A DNA stretch of 64,000 nucleotides, from contig DBWQ01000009.1 in NCBI GenBank assembly GCA_002308995.1, forward strand, positions 12,852 to 76,851, written 5' to 3'. A model generated the notes under the pieces. It worked only from the letters and a program-made list of their open reading frames with translations, did no database searches and had not been told where the DNA came from. Every line of letters starts with the position of its first letter. Within the stretch, counting starts at the first letter, position 1. The stretch comes from Clostridiales bacterium UBA1234 (lineage in GTDB: Bacteria > Bacillota > Clostridia > TANB77 > UBA1234). Below are positions 37,030 to 45,550 of the stretch, piece by piece. The translations under genes and the position numbers were made by a program.

Positions 37030-37674
37030 ATGGGAAAGAGACTGATTATTTTGGCGGTTGTTTTAGTGGTAATCATTGGTGGATTGATTGTTATTAAAAG
37101 TCATTCTTCTAAGAATCCATCAGAACCTGCCAAGGGAACTTCTTTAGAAGATAATTCTTCGACTTCTGAAGAAAACAAACCGAATGATATCAAGCAGGAG
37201 GAAGAATCGGGAGATATTATTAAAATTAACAAGATTGATGATTTTGCAAGCTCCAAACTTTTGGTAGAAAGCAAGAGTATTACAAGTAGTGAGTTGCCAA
37301 GTGATATTCGATATTTGGCAAGTGTATATACTAGGGAAAACATGAATTTAAGTAGTATTTCTGCTTATTATACCAAGAGCAATCAATCTGCTGATGCCTA
37401 TGATATTCTTCATGATTATGTGCTTTTGTTCTTTGATGAGGTGAATGATGGAAGTGTTAAGATTAGTGCTTCGAAAGAGGGAAATCCTCTAAGAGATTAT
37501 CATTTTAACTCTGCAAAGGAAATGTCAAAAATCAAAGGCGTCGATGTGCTGATTTCACAGTATGAGGATAAATACATTATTACTTTCTCTCAGGGAAGAT
37601 TTCAATTTGATATTGAAACCAATGGCGTAGCAGAATTTGAGATGTTAACTTTAGTTGGAAATTCTATTAAATAA
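37030..37674 (+). CDS. Membrane-anchored hypothetical protein.
   Basis: N-terminal TM helix. GAAAGGAG ribosome-binding site. Confidence 0.5.
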   Translation: MGKRLIILAVVLVVIIGGLIVIKSHSSKNPSEPAKGTSLEDNSSTSEENKPNDIKQEEESGDIIKINKIDDFASSKLLVESKSITSSELPSDIRYLASVYTRENMNLSSISAYYTKSNQSADAYDILHDYVLLFFDEVNDGSVKISASKEGNPLRDYHFNSAKEMSKIKGVDVLISQYEDKYIITFSQGRFQFDIETNGVAEFEMLTLVGNSIK

Positions 37675-37683
37675 GAGGTTGAA

Positions 37684-37732
37684 AAAGCACTTCAAACAGC
37701 AGGAATTATTCCTATGTTTGAAGTGCTTTTTT
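37684..37732 (+). terminator. Rho-independent terminator.
   Basis: AAAGCACTTCAAACA ... TGTTTGAAGTGCTTTTTT. Confidence 0.7.
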
Positions 37733-37844
37733 ATGGAGAAAAGATGATAGAAATAGTGGAAAATTCATCTGGTTTGTGGTATCCTTATAAAGTAAATACA
37801 GTATACTTGATGCAAGAGTAAGTAACGACAAGGAGTGAGGAATA

Positions 37845-39293
37845 ATGATAAAATGCCCTAGTTGTGGCGGTGAAATGCAATATGACCCTAAAAATCAAAA
37901 AGTAAAATGTCAGTATTGTGGGAGTTTATTTGATACACAAGAACTAGAAAAGAATATGAAAGAATCTAAAGCGCAGGAGGATACGTACGAGGGAAAGCAA
38001 TACCAGTGTACGGAGTGTGGAGCAACGCTATTAAATTTTGATGATACCGCCATTACTTTTTGTAGTTATTGTGGCTCGCAAGCAATGCTAGAAGATAAAA
38101 TGATAACACAAAATAATCCAGATGTGGTTATCCCTTTTCAAAAGACAAAAGAAGAGTGCATTGAAGCGTACCGTCAAAAGGTTTCTCAGTTTGTTTTTGC
38201 ACCTAGCTATATGAAATCGGATACGGTTGTCGATCGCTTTAGGGGAATTTATATGCCGTATGGTATTTATGATTTAAAGTATGAAGGAAGTGCTACTTCG
38301 ATAGGTCAAAAATATTCTTGTCGCAGAGGGGATTATAATTATTATGATGATTATAGTATCGTTGCTGAAGACGTGAATACTTCCTATCATGGTGTTTCTT
38401 TTGATTTGGTTTCTAAGTTCTATGATAATTTTAGTACCTCCATTCCTTTTTTAATTAAGGATGCGGTTCCGTTTAATCCTGCTTATTTAGCAGGGTACTA
38501 TGCGGATTGTTTAGATGTCAAAAAAGAAGTATATGATAACATGGCCAAAAGTATTGTTATGCCAGATTTACAAAAACGTTTTCAAAGCCACAAGGAGTAT
38601 GCTAGATATGGCTGCACCGCCCCTAACATTATACTTAAAACAGAGCCTAAAGTTGGAATGTTTCCGGTTTATTTCTTGGCAATTCGTAATCAAAAAAATG
38701 ATGCGATTCATTATGCAGTTGTGAATGGCCAAACAGGAAAGGTTGCCATTGAGATTCCAATCGATTTTAAAAAATACTTTTTGCTTTCCGTTATCATTGC
38801 GATGGTTATTTTTGTATTACTCAACATGAGTACAACACTAAAACCTACCACTGTTTTGGTCTTTTCTTTGGTGGCAAGTATCATTAGCTTTTTCTTTTCT
38901 AAAGCTCAGCTTCGTAGAATTAAAGAAAAAGTGGAGCATTCTACGGATATAGGGTATACCAGTGTGCATCGCAATGCGCCATTGAAAGGGGATAAACCTT
39001 CAGAAATGGGGATGAATGCAGCGTTGAAAGCAGCTGCTCAAGATAAAAAACAAAAGCAAAAGGAAGACAAAAAGCTTAGTCGTAAGTTTTTGTTTAAAGA
39101 AATCTTGGCAATCTTGATTTCGGCAATTGTTCTTTGTATGCATATGGTGGAAGATACATACTATTACGTAGCAGCGATTACAGCCCTTGTTTTAGTAGTG
39201 TTGTCTTTTAGCGATTTGGTAAAAGAACATAATTTGATGGTTTCTAATAAACTACCACAGTTTGAAAAACGTGGAGGTGATTTCAGTGGCTAA
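37845..39293 (+). CDS. Zinc-ribbon-containing membrane protein, function unknown.
   Basis: Two CxxC...CxxC zinc ribbons at the N-terminus and C-terminal TM helices. Confidence 0.5.
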   Translation: MIKCPSCGGEMQYDPKNQKVKCQYCGSLFDTQELEKNMKESKAQEDTYEGKQYQCTECGATLLNFDDTAITFCSYCGSQAMLEDKMITQNNPDVVIPFQKTKEECIEAYRQKVSQFVFAPSYMKSDTVVDRFRGIYMPYGIYDLKYEGSATSIGQKYSCRRGDYNYYDDYSIVAEDVNTSYHGVSFDLVSKFYDNFSTSIPFLIKDAVPFNPAYLAGYYADCLDVKKEVYDNMAKSIVMPDLQKRFQSHKEYARYGCTAPNIILKTEPKVGMFPVYFLAIRNQKNDAIHYAVVNGQTGKVAIEIPIDFKKYFLLSVIIAMVIFVLLNMSTTLKPTTVLVFSLVASIISFFFSKAQLRRIKEKVEHSTDIGYTSVHRNAPLKGDKPSEMGMNAALKAAAQDKKQKQKEDKKLSRKFLFKEILAILISAIVLCMHMVEDTYYYVAAITALVLVVLSFSDLVKEHNLMVSNKLPQFEKRGGDFSG

Positions 39294-40161
39294 AAAAATA
39301 CAGTTAATCGGTATGATTACAATCATTTTTGTATTCACATTTTCACAAGTCTTTGCAGCAGAGGTACAATTAGAAGAAACTCACATTGGTACTGAAACGT
39401 CAGTATTAACTAGCGAAGAAAGTGAAGTTTCTTTGCCTGCAAGTATAGAGACAAAAGAAGGAGAATACTTTGATAAAGAAACCAATCACACCTTGCTGAT
39501 TTTAGATGATGCCAATTTGCTTTCTGATACAGAAAAAGACTTACTCATGAGCGATATGATGCCACTTCTTCGTTACGGTAATGTGGTATTCTTATCGGTT
39601 GATCAGAATGAATCAACGGCAGATGCCTTGGCTCGAAATACCTATCACGATAAGTTTCAATCAACAAGCGGTGTTTTGTTTTTGATTGATATGGACAATC
39701 GAGAAATCATTCTATTTTCAGATGGGGAAGTCGAAAAACAAGTGACGGCAGATAAAGAGGATAGTATCACTGATAATGCGTATCGTTATGCTTCTAATGG
39801 GGATTATTATACCTGTGCTTCTTCAGTTTTTCAACAAGTGGATAAGGTATTAAAAGGCCAAAAAATTAGCGAGCCGATGAAATATATTAGCAATGCACTC
39901 ATTGCGTTAACACTTGGATTTTTCATCAGCTTTTTATTTGTTTGGAAACATTCAGATATTAAGAGGGCTTCTTCACAAGAGATTGTGAAAAATTGCGCTG
40001 TTGCCTTTAGCGTAGGTGCGATTACTGCTACTAAAATTGGGCAGCATAGGGTATATTCACCACCAAGTAGTAGTAGTTCGTCTGGCTACCATTCTAGCGG
40101 TGGTGGTGGTGGCTTCTCGGGAGGCCATTCTTCAGGTAGTAGTGGCGGACACCGCTTTTAA
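39286..40161 (+). CDS. TPM-domain (YgcG-like) secreted or membrane protein with a Gly/Ser-rich C-terminus.
   Basis: GTG start after GGAGGTGA. Signal peptide. TPM-like core. C-terminal GYHSSGGGGGFSGGHSSGSSGGHRF. Confidence 0.65.
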   Translation: MAKKIQLIGMITIIFVFTFSQVFAAEVQLEETHIGTETSVLTSEESEVSLPASIETKEGEYFDKETNHTLLILDDANLLSDTEKDLLMSDMMPLLRYGNVVFLSVDQNESTADALARNTYHDKFQSTSGVLFLIDMDNREIILFSDGEVEKQVTADKEDSITDNAYRYASNGDYYTCASSVFQQVDKVLKGQKISEPMKYISNALIALTLGFFISFLFVWKHSDIKRASSQEIVKNCAVAFSVGAITATKIGQHRVYSPPSSSSSSGYHSSGGGGGFSGGHSSGSSGGHRF

Positions 40162-40187
40162 TAAAAGGATAGAGAAGGGGAAGAAAC

Positions 40188-40904
40188 GTGAAAAAAATAA
40201 TCATGTTGCTTTTGGGATGCTTTATCATGAGTTCTCTTTGTCTTGCAAGTTCTGAAAGAACAAAGGTTAAGTATCTAAAAACATCTGATGGTGATACGAT
40301 GAGGGCTGTGATAGACGGAGAAAATGTCCGCATCCGCTTTTTGGGAATTAATACGCCAGAAGTTTCTGGAGAAAATAAAGTAGAAGAACCATGGGGAAAT
40401 GAAGCCCTAGCTTATACCCAAAAACGTTTAGATGAAGCTCAAAAGATTGAAATTGAATTTGATGATGTGGCAGATCATGAAGATCGTTTTGGAAGAAAAC
40501 TTGCTTGGATTTGGGTGGATGATGAGCTTTTTGAAGTAGAACTATTAGAGCAAGGAATGGCCAAAACCTATATGCTTCAAAATGATTACAAATATGCCAA
40601 GGAGCTAAAAGAAGCAGAACAAAAGGCTAAAAAAGAAAAGCTTGGTGTATGGAGTGGAAAAACACCAGAGGAGTATATGGCCTCTAAGCAAGCGTCGACC
40701 ATAGAAAACACCAGTGATAGTGCTAAGAAGATATCACAAGATACCTTAAAAGAACCAGAACTTGAATGGACTTACGAAGGTGATGAAGAGGGATTTTCTT
40801 GGGGAACAATTCTGGCTGCATTGTTGATCATTATTATCATTGTAATCGTTTCACAAAAAAAGTCGAAATATGGTCAAAAACAAGCCAAGAATAGGAAAAA
40901 ATAA
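40188..40904 (+). CDS. Thermonuclease (staphylococcal nuclease-like, SNase) with a C-terminal membrane anchor.
   Basis: Signal peptide. SDGDTMRAVIDGENVRIRFLGINTPE is the SNase signature. C-terminal TM helix. Confidence 0.8.
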   Translation: MKKIIMLLLGCFIMSSLCLASSERTKVKYLKTSDGDTMRAVIDGENVRIRFLGINTPEVSGENKVEEPWGNEALAYTQKRLDEAQKIEIEFDDVADHEDRFGRKLAWIWVDDELFEVELLEQGMAKTYMLQNDYKYAKELKEAEQKAKKEKLGVWSGKTPEEYMASKQASTIENTSDSAKKISQDTLKEPELEWTYEGDEEGFSWGTILAALLIIIIIVIVSQKKSKYGQKQAKNRKK

Positions 40905-40928
40905 TCTTGGAAAGTAGGGGGGAAAACC

Positions 40929-41471
40929 GTGAAACAGTACTTCATAACGATCGCTATTTTTCTACTGGTGATTGCTGTATGGAATTATAAAAATGCGTCA
41001 ACGCACTCTTCTGGTGGGGCATCTTCTAGCAATGCAGAAACATCTACGACGAATAATGAAGTAGAGGAAAGTGCCTTTACTTTAGAGGTAAAAAAATCAT
41101 TGAATCTAGATTACTTAAAATCATTTCATCTTCCTATTATCATAGATTTTGGTGCAGATTGGTGTCCTCCTTGTAGGCAAATGAAACCCAATTTTGAAAA
41201 GATATATAAAACTTATCAAAAGAAAGCGATTATTAAGTATACCGATACAGATAAAGCACCACAGGTGGCTAGGCAGTTTCCTACCCAATATATTCCGACA
41301 CAAGTGTTTTTTAATAGCGATGGAACTCCTTATGCGCCACAAAATGCTAAGGAGAGAGGCTTAGAGTTTCATTATAATAGTAACAATGAACATATTTTAA
41401 CGACGCATGTAGGAGCTCTTTCGTTTGAACAAATGGAGCAAATGTTAAAGGAGATGGGGATGAATGGATAG
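40929..41471 (+). CDS. Membrane-anchored thioredoxin-fold thiol-disulfide oxidoreductase.
   Basis: N-terminal TM helix and a WCPPC active site. Confidence 0.75.
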   Translation: MKQYFITIAIFLLVIAVWNYKNASTHSSGGASSSNAETSTTNNEVEESAFTLEVKKSLNLDYLKSFHLPIIIDFGADWCPPCRQMKPNFEKIYKTYQKKAIIKYTDTDKAPQVARQFPTQYIPTQVFFNSDGTPYAPQNAKERGLEFHYNSNNEHILTTHVGALSFEQMEQMLKEMGMNG

Positions 41472-41503
41472 GATGCTACTAGATATGGCAACATCAATTT
41501 CTC

Positions 41504-42151
41504 ATGTGCGGATGGCTTGCTCCTATCTTGTGTTTTTTAGCGGGAGTTCTCACTTCGCTTACTCCATGCTCGTTATCTACTGTTCCCTTGGTGATTGGTT
41601 TTGTTGGTGGATATGGGGAAAAGAGTGCCCAAAAAGCTTTTCGCATGTCAGTTTTATTTGCGATTGGAATGACCATCACATTTACTTTGTTAGGGTTAAT
41701 GAGTTCTCTTTTAGGAGCATACTTGATAAGAGGACAGAGGTATTGGTTTTTATTCTTGGGAGCACTCATGATTTTGATGGCACTTCAAACATTTGAAGTA
41801 GTTACATTGATTAAGCCAACTTATTTACAGTCGAAAAATAAGAAAACAGGTTATTTAGGTGCTTTGATAGCGGGAGTTTTAGCGGGATTTTTCTCTTCGC
41901 CGTGTGCTACTCCTGTACTAGTGGTTATTTTAGCCATGGTCTCGAATAGTAGCGTTGGCTGGGGAACACTTTTACTATTTCTTTACGCAGTGGGAAATAG
42001 TATTTTGGTGATTTTGGTGGGGACATCGATGGGACTTGCTTCGAAAATTACCAAAAGCAAACAATATGGAAAATTGAGTACTTTCATTCAATATTTGTTG
42101 GGTACAGTGATTTTACTATTGGGACTTTATCTATTATATCTTGGATTTTAA
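41504..42151 (+). CDS. ccdA: Cytochrome c biogenesis / thiol-disulfide transporter CcdA (DsbD family).
   Basis: LTSLTPCSLSTVPLVIGFVGG ... FFSSPCATPVL carry the two conserved Cys in TM helices. Confidence 0.8.
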   Translation: MCGWLAPILCFLAGVLTSLTPCSLSTVPLVIGFVGGYGEKSAQKAFRMSVLFAIGMTITFTLLGLMSSLLGAYLIRGQRYWFLFLGALMILMALQTFEVVTLIKPTYLQSKNKKTGYLGALIAGVLAGFFSSPCATPVLVVILAMVSNSSVGWGTLLLFLYAVGNSILVILVGTSMGLASKITKSKQYGKLSTFIQYLLGTVILLLGLYLLYLGF

Positions 42152-42162
42152 ATCAACTGGGT

Positions 42163-42220
42163 CCCTCATCACTATTTTGGTGGATGATTTACCAAAATAG
42201 TGATGAGGGGCTCTTTTTGT
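42163..42220 (+). terminator. Strong rho-independent terminator (18-bp stem).
   Basis: CCCTCATCACTATTTTGG ... CCAAAATAGTGATGAGGG followed by GCTCTTTTTG. Confidence 0.8.
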
Positions 42221-42434
42221 TCTTGTTTTCCATAATTTAGGAATCATATATAGCTTAAATGGAATTAATTGGATAGTTTTGCAGAAAACCTCTTAAATCG
42301 TTTTACATTTTACTATCTTTATGATATAGTGAAAATTGACGAAAAATAGTGAAAAAAGAATCTAATCTCCAAAGGAGGAAAATTCTGGAGAAAAGAATGA
42401 AATTCTTCCCGATGCAGGTGATTTAGATATTGCT

Positions 42435-42686
42435 GTGACACAAAAAGGCTTAGCAGGGTTAACACAGAATGATTCACTACAGTATAAAGAGAATGGTTGG
42501 TTCATCGTAAACAAATCAGTAGAAGACGTGCTTGACGAAAAAGAAAACAGCGAGATTGAAGAATGCGATGGCGTATTACTTCAAGGAATCAACAAGTACT
42601 ACCAACATCTTTTAAAAAGCGAAAGAGAAAAAGATAAAGTAAGAATTCCTTTGGTAGAGGAATATATTAAAAACCACACAAATTAG
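42435..42686 (+). CDS. Doubtful small ORF or remnant upstream of the serine hydrolase paralog.
   Basis: GTG start with no ribosome-binding site. A 9-codon ORF with a good ribosome-binding site (MKFFPMQVI*) sits just upstream in another frame. Confidence 0.2.
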   Translation: MTQKGLAGLTQNDSLQYKENGWFIVNKSVEDVLDEKENSEIEECDGVLLQGINKYYQHLLKSEREKDKVRIPLVEEYIKNHTN

Positions 42687-42687
42687 T

Positions 42688-44652
42688 GTGAAGAGCTTGG
42701 AGTTGGTAATAATGAGTGTAGATGCAAATGGAGTAGAGGTAAGCAAAGTAAAACTTCCTAAGGGGGATTTTGAGGCGGAGCTTCAATTCCCAGATTGGAA
42801 AGGGTATGTAGATGATACGCTTGCCATGAATAATATGTATAGTTTTTTGGCATATCATAACCAAGGAACTTTATATGTCACCGTATCCAAAAAAGTGAAG
42901 AGTTTTGTGATGCTCATCAATCATCGCAAAATCAATACCAAAAAAATGCAAGATGGCACGTTTTTGGTGGATTTTTCAAGCATTGCTGTTGATGGCAAAA
43001 ATGTGTTGCAGATTAATAGCATTGTTCCGAGTACCATCAAAAATGGAATTAAGATATCCATTCCTTATCCTACGGTAATTGAGGGAAGTATCAAAGAATC
43101 TGGAATCAATAAGGATGCTTTTGATACTATAAATGATATCATTATGCAAGATATTAACCATGGTTTTACTAGTAGCCAACTTGCCATTGTTAAAAATGGA
43201 GCTTTGGTTTATCAAAATGCATGGGGTAAGGTAAATACTTATCTTCCAGATGGTAGTATAAATCCGAAAGCTAAAAAAGTGACGAATGAAACAATGTACG
43301 ATTTGGCGTCGGTTACCAAGATGTATTCGGTAATATATGCCGTTCAGTATTTGGTACAAAATGGCGTTTTAAGAATGGATGACAGAATTGCCGATTTGGT
43401 AGGCAAAGAATTCGTAGACAAGACCATCGAAATCATTTTTGATGGATATGATAAAATTCCATTAGAAAAAAACAAAGAGTGGAAGAAGAGGATTACTTTA
43501 AAAGATGTTTTGATGCATCGTGCTGGTTTCCCAAAGAGTGGACATTACCATATTGAATACTATGATGCCAAAAAACAACAACTAAGTAGCAAGATAAAAA
43601 ATGTTTTGTATGTACCTTATGAGGGAAAAGAAACGAAAAAGAAAACTTTGGTAGAGGGAATTTGTAAAACACCTCTTATGTATAAACCAAGAAGTAAAAC
43701 ATTATATTCTGATATTGATTATCAACTACTTGGATTTATTATTGAAAAGGTGACGAAAAAAGATTTAAATACTTTCTTAAAGGAAACCTTCTGGGATCCA
43801 CTTGGATTAGAACATATTACCTATTGTCCATTGGAACACGGCTTTACCAAAGAGGATTGTGCAGCAACAGAATTAAATGGCAACACGAGAGATGGGCAAA
43901 TTCACTTTGAGCAAATTCGTACAGAAACGATACAAGGTGAAGTTCACGATGAAGAAGCGTATTATACAATGGGTGGTGTTGCAGGGCATGCAGGGCTATT
44001 TGCCAGTGCCACAGATCTTGCGATTCTTTCCTCTTTGATGCTAACAGGTGGCATCGAAACGCAAAAATTCTTTGACCAAAATATCATTGATTATTTTACT
44101 TCGCCTCAAACACCATCAGTGAGTGGATGGGGAATTGGTTGGTGGCGTGTTGGTAATAATGACCGTGTATGGTATTTTGGATCACATGCGCCAAGTAACG
44201 CCATCGGTCATGAAGGCTGGACAGGTACGCTAACGATGATTGATTTTGAAAATCAAATGGTGCTTGTTTATTTGACGAATAGAAAGAACACTTTATTGAC
44301 AGATGCGCAAGATATTGAAAAAATTAGTCGCTTTAATGGGGATTGGTATACCTCGGCATCTCTTGGGTTTGTTCCTCAGCTTATTTATATGGGGCTTATG
44401 AAGTCATCAAAATCGAAAGAGGCGTTTGATTATTTGCTATATGACATGGCCTTCGAAAAGCAAAAATTAGTCCGTTCAGAGAAGAGAATTACACGAGAGC
44501 ATCCAATTTATGGGGCATGGTACGCTCTACTAGAGGTATGTGCTAAACGTGCTAAAAAGAGTGCAACTATGAAAAAGCTAACAGCAGAACTTATTAAAGA
44601 GTTAGATAAAGAAAAGGATAAAGAAGAAATCAAAATCATCAAGAGCTTATAG
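42688..44652 (+). CDS. Serine hydrolase (class C beta-lactamase / PBP4-like), paralog of 28058-30007, without an obvious signal peptide.
   Basis: SxxK motif YDLASVTKMY and shared N-terminal domain FPDWKGYVDDTLAMN. Start is uncertain (GTG 42688 or ATG 42712). Confidence 0.75.
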   Translation: MKSLELVIMSVDANGVEVSKVKLPKGDFEAELQFPDWKGYVDDTLAMNNMYSFLAYHNQGTLYVTVSKKVKSFVMLINHRKINTKKMQDGTFLVDFSSIAVDGKNVLQINSIVPSTIKNGIKISIPYPTVIEGSIKESGINKDAFDTINDIIMQDINHGFTSSQLAIVKNGALVYQNAWGKVNTYLPDGSINPKAKKVTNETMYDLASVTKMYSVIYAVQYLVQNGVLRMDDRIADLVGKEFVDKTIEIIFDGYDKIPLEKNKEWKKRITLKDVLMHRAGFPKSGHYHIEYYDAKKQQLSSKIKNVLYVPYEGKETKKKTLVEGICKTPLMYKPRSKTLYSDIDYQLLGFIIEKVTKKDLNTFLKETFWDPLGLEHITYCPLEHGFTKEDCAATELNGNTRDGQIHFEQIRTETIQGEVHDEEAYYTMGGVAGHAGLFASATDLAILSSLMLTGGIETQKFFDQNIIDYFTSPQTPSVSGWGIGWWRVGNNDRVWYFGSHAPSNAIGHEGWTGTLTMIDFENQMVLVYLTNRKNTLLTDAQDIEKISRFNGDWYTSASLGFVPQLIYMGLMKSSKSKEAFDYLLYDMAFEKQKLVRSEKRITREHPIYGAWYALLEVCAKRAKKSATMKKLTAELIKELDKEKDKEEIKIIKSL

Positions 44653-44712
44653 ACATTTGTTAAGAAATATGTTAATCTAAATGTATCAAAAAATATCAAA
44701 GGAGAGAATATT

Positions 44713-45288
44713 ATGAAAAAACTATTGTATGGCGTTTTAGCATTAGTTACGGTTTTTGCACTTGCTGGTTGTAAAGGAAAGGAAACAAACGAACCAACAC
44801 AAACTCCAGAAACTACGGTTACAGAAACGACAACTAGTGGCACAGAAACATCAGAAACACCAGAAACTTCTACGCAAGAGACAAAAACAAGCACAGAAGA
44901 AACGGGTAATGAAAATTACGAAGAACTAGTAGAACAATTGCCAGAAGAAGCTTTAAATAAAGCTAAAGAAAATGTAAAGGAGTTAGAAGTATCAGAAGAA
45001 GACAATAAAATTGTGTTTAAGCAAAGTGATATTATGACAGCAATTTATTATCATGATGGAGAAAAATTAACAGGGTATGAAGTATATATTGATTACGAAT
45101 CTCCAGAATTGGCAGCAGCTGCCAAAGCTGAAGCAGAAGCGGATGTTGAGGCTGATCAAGCAGAATCAATTACAATAGAGGGGAATCGACTTCATGTTGT
45201 TTTCAAAGAGGAAGCTTATCAAGATACCTCTTTAGATGAAGTAAGACAATCTGTTCAATTATTACAAGCAATACAAGGTGCTGAATAG
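44713..45288 (+). CDS. Lipoprotein with a Thr/Glu-rich linker, function unknown.
   Basis: Lipobox LAGC and a TE-rich low-complexity linker. Confidence 0.6.
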   Translation: MKKLLYGVLALVTVFALAGCKGKETNEPTQTPETTVTETTTSGTETSETPETSTQETKTSTEETGNENYEELVEQLPEEALNKAKENVKELEVSEEDNKIVFKQSDIMTAIYYHDGEKLTGYEVYIDYESPELAAAAKAEAEADVEADQAESITIEGNRLHVVFKEEAYQDTSLDEVRQSVQLLQAIQGAE

Positions 45289-45306
45289 TGGTTCATTTAA
45301 TGTAAG

Positions 45307-45344
45307 AAAAAACCTCAAAATGGTCTCATTTTGAGGTTTTTTTT
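45307..45344 (+). terminator. Rho-independent terminator.
   Basis: AAAAACCTCAAAATG gtct CATTTTGAGGTTTTTTTT. Confidence 0.75.
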
Positions 45345-45420
45345 GCGTGAAAAACATGTTTGAAGTGTTGAAAAATCAACATTATAAGTACAACTTATAT
45401 AAAACATAAGAATAATAAAT

Positions 45421-45517
45421 TTTACAAGAAAATCAAATTATGTTAATATCTGAGCCGTAGGGCAAAAAACAAGTACTTGAGATTAAGTTTAAGAGATTTT
45501 TTCTCAAGTATTTTTTG
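45421..45517 (+). promoter_or_regulatory. Promoter plus leader with an intrinsic-terminator hairpin (candidate attenuator) upstream of the AAA+ cluster.
   Basis: TTTACA, a 17-nt spacer, then TAATAT. The leader hairpin AAGTACTTGAGA-N20-TCTCAAGTATTT is followed by TTTTTTG about 35 nt before the ribosome-binding site of 45551. Confidence 0.4.
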
Positions 45518-45550
45518 CGCCGATTTTTTAAGGATTAAAGGAGTAAAAAA

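Noticed and set aside
41464-41796. 110-aa ORF overlapping the ccdA start in another frame.
   Set aside because: It is out of frame with the CcdA sequence that carries the conserved Cys TM motifs, and it has no ribosome-binding site.
45456-45500. preQ1-I riboswitch in the AAA leader (CCGTAGGGCAAAAAACAAG).
   Set aside because: No 5-bp P1 stem or loop consensus is present; there is only an A-rich tail resemblance.
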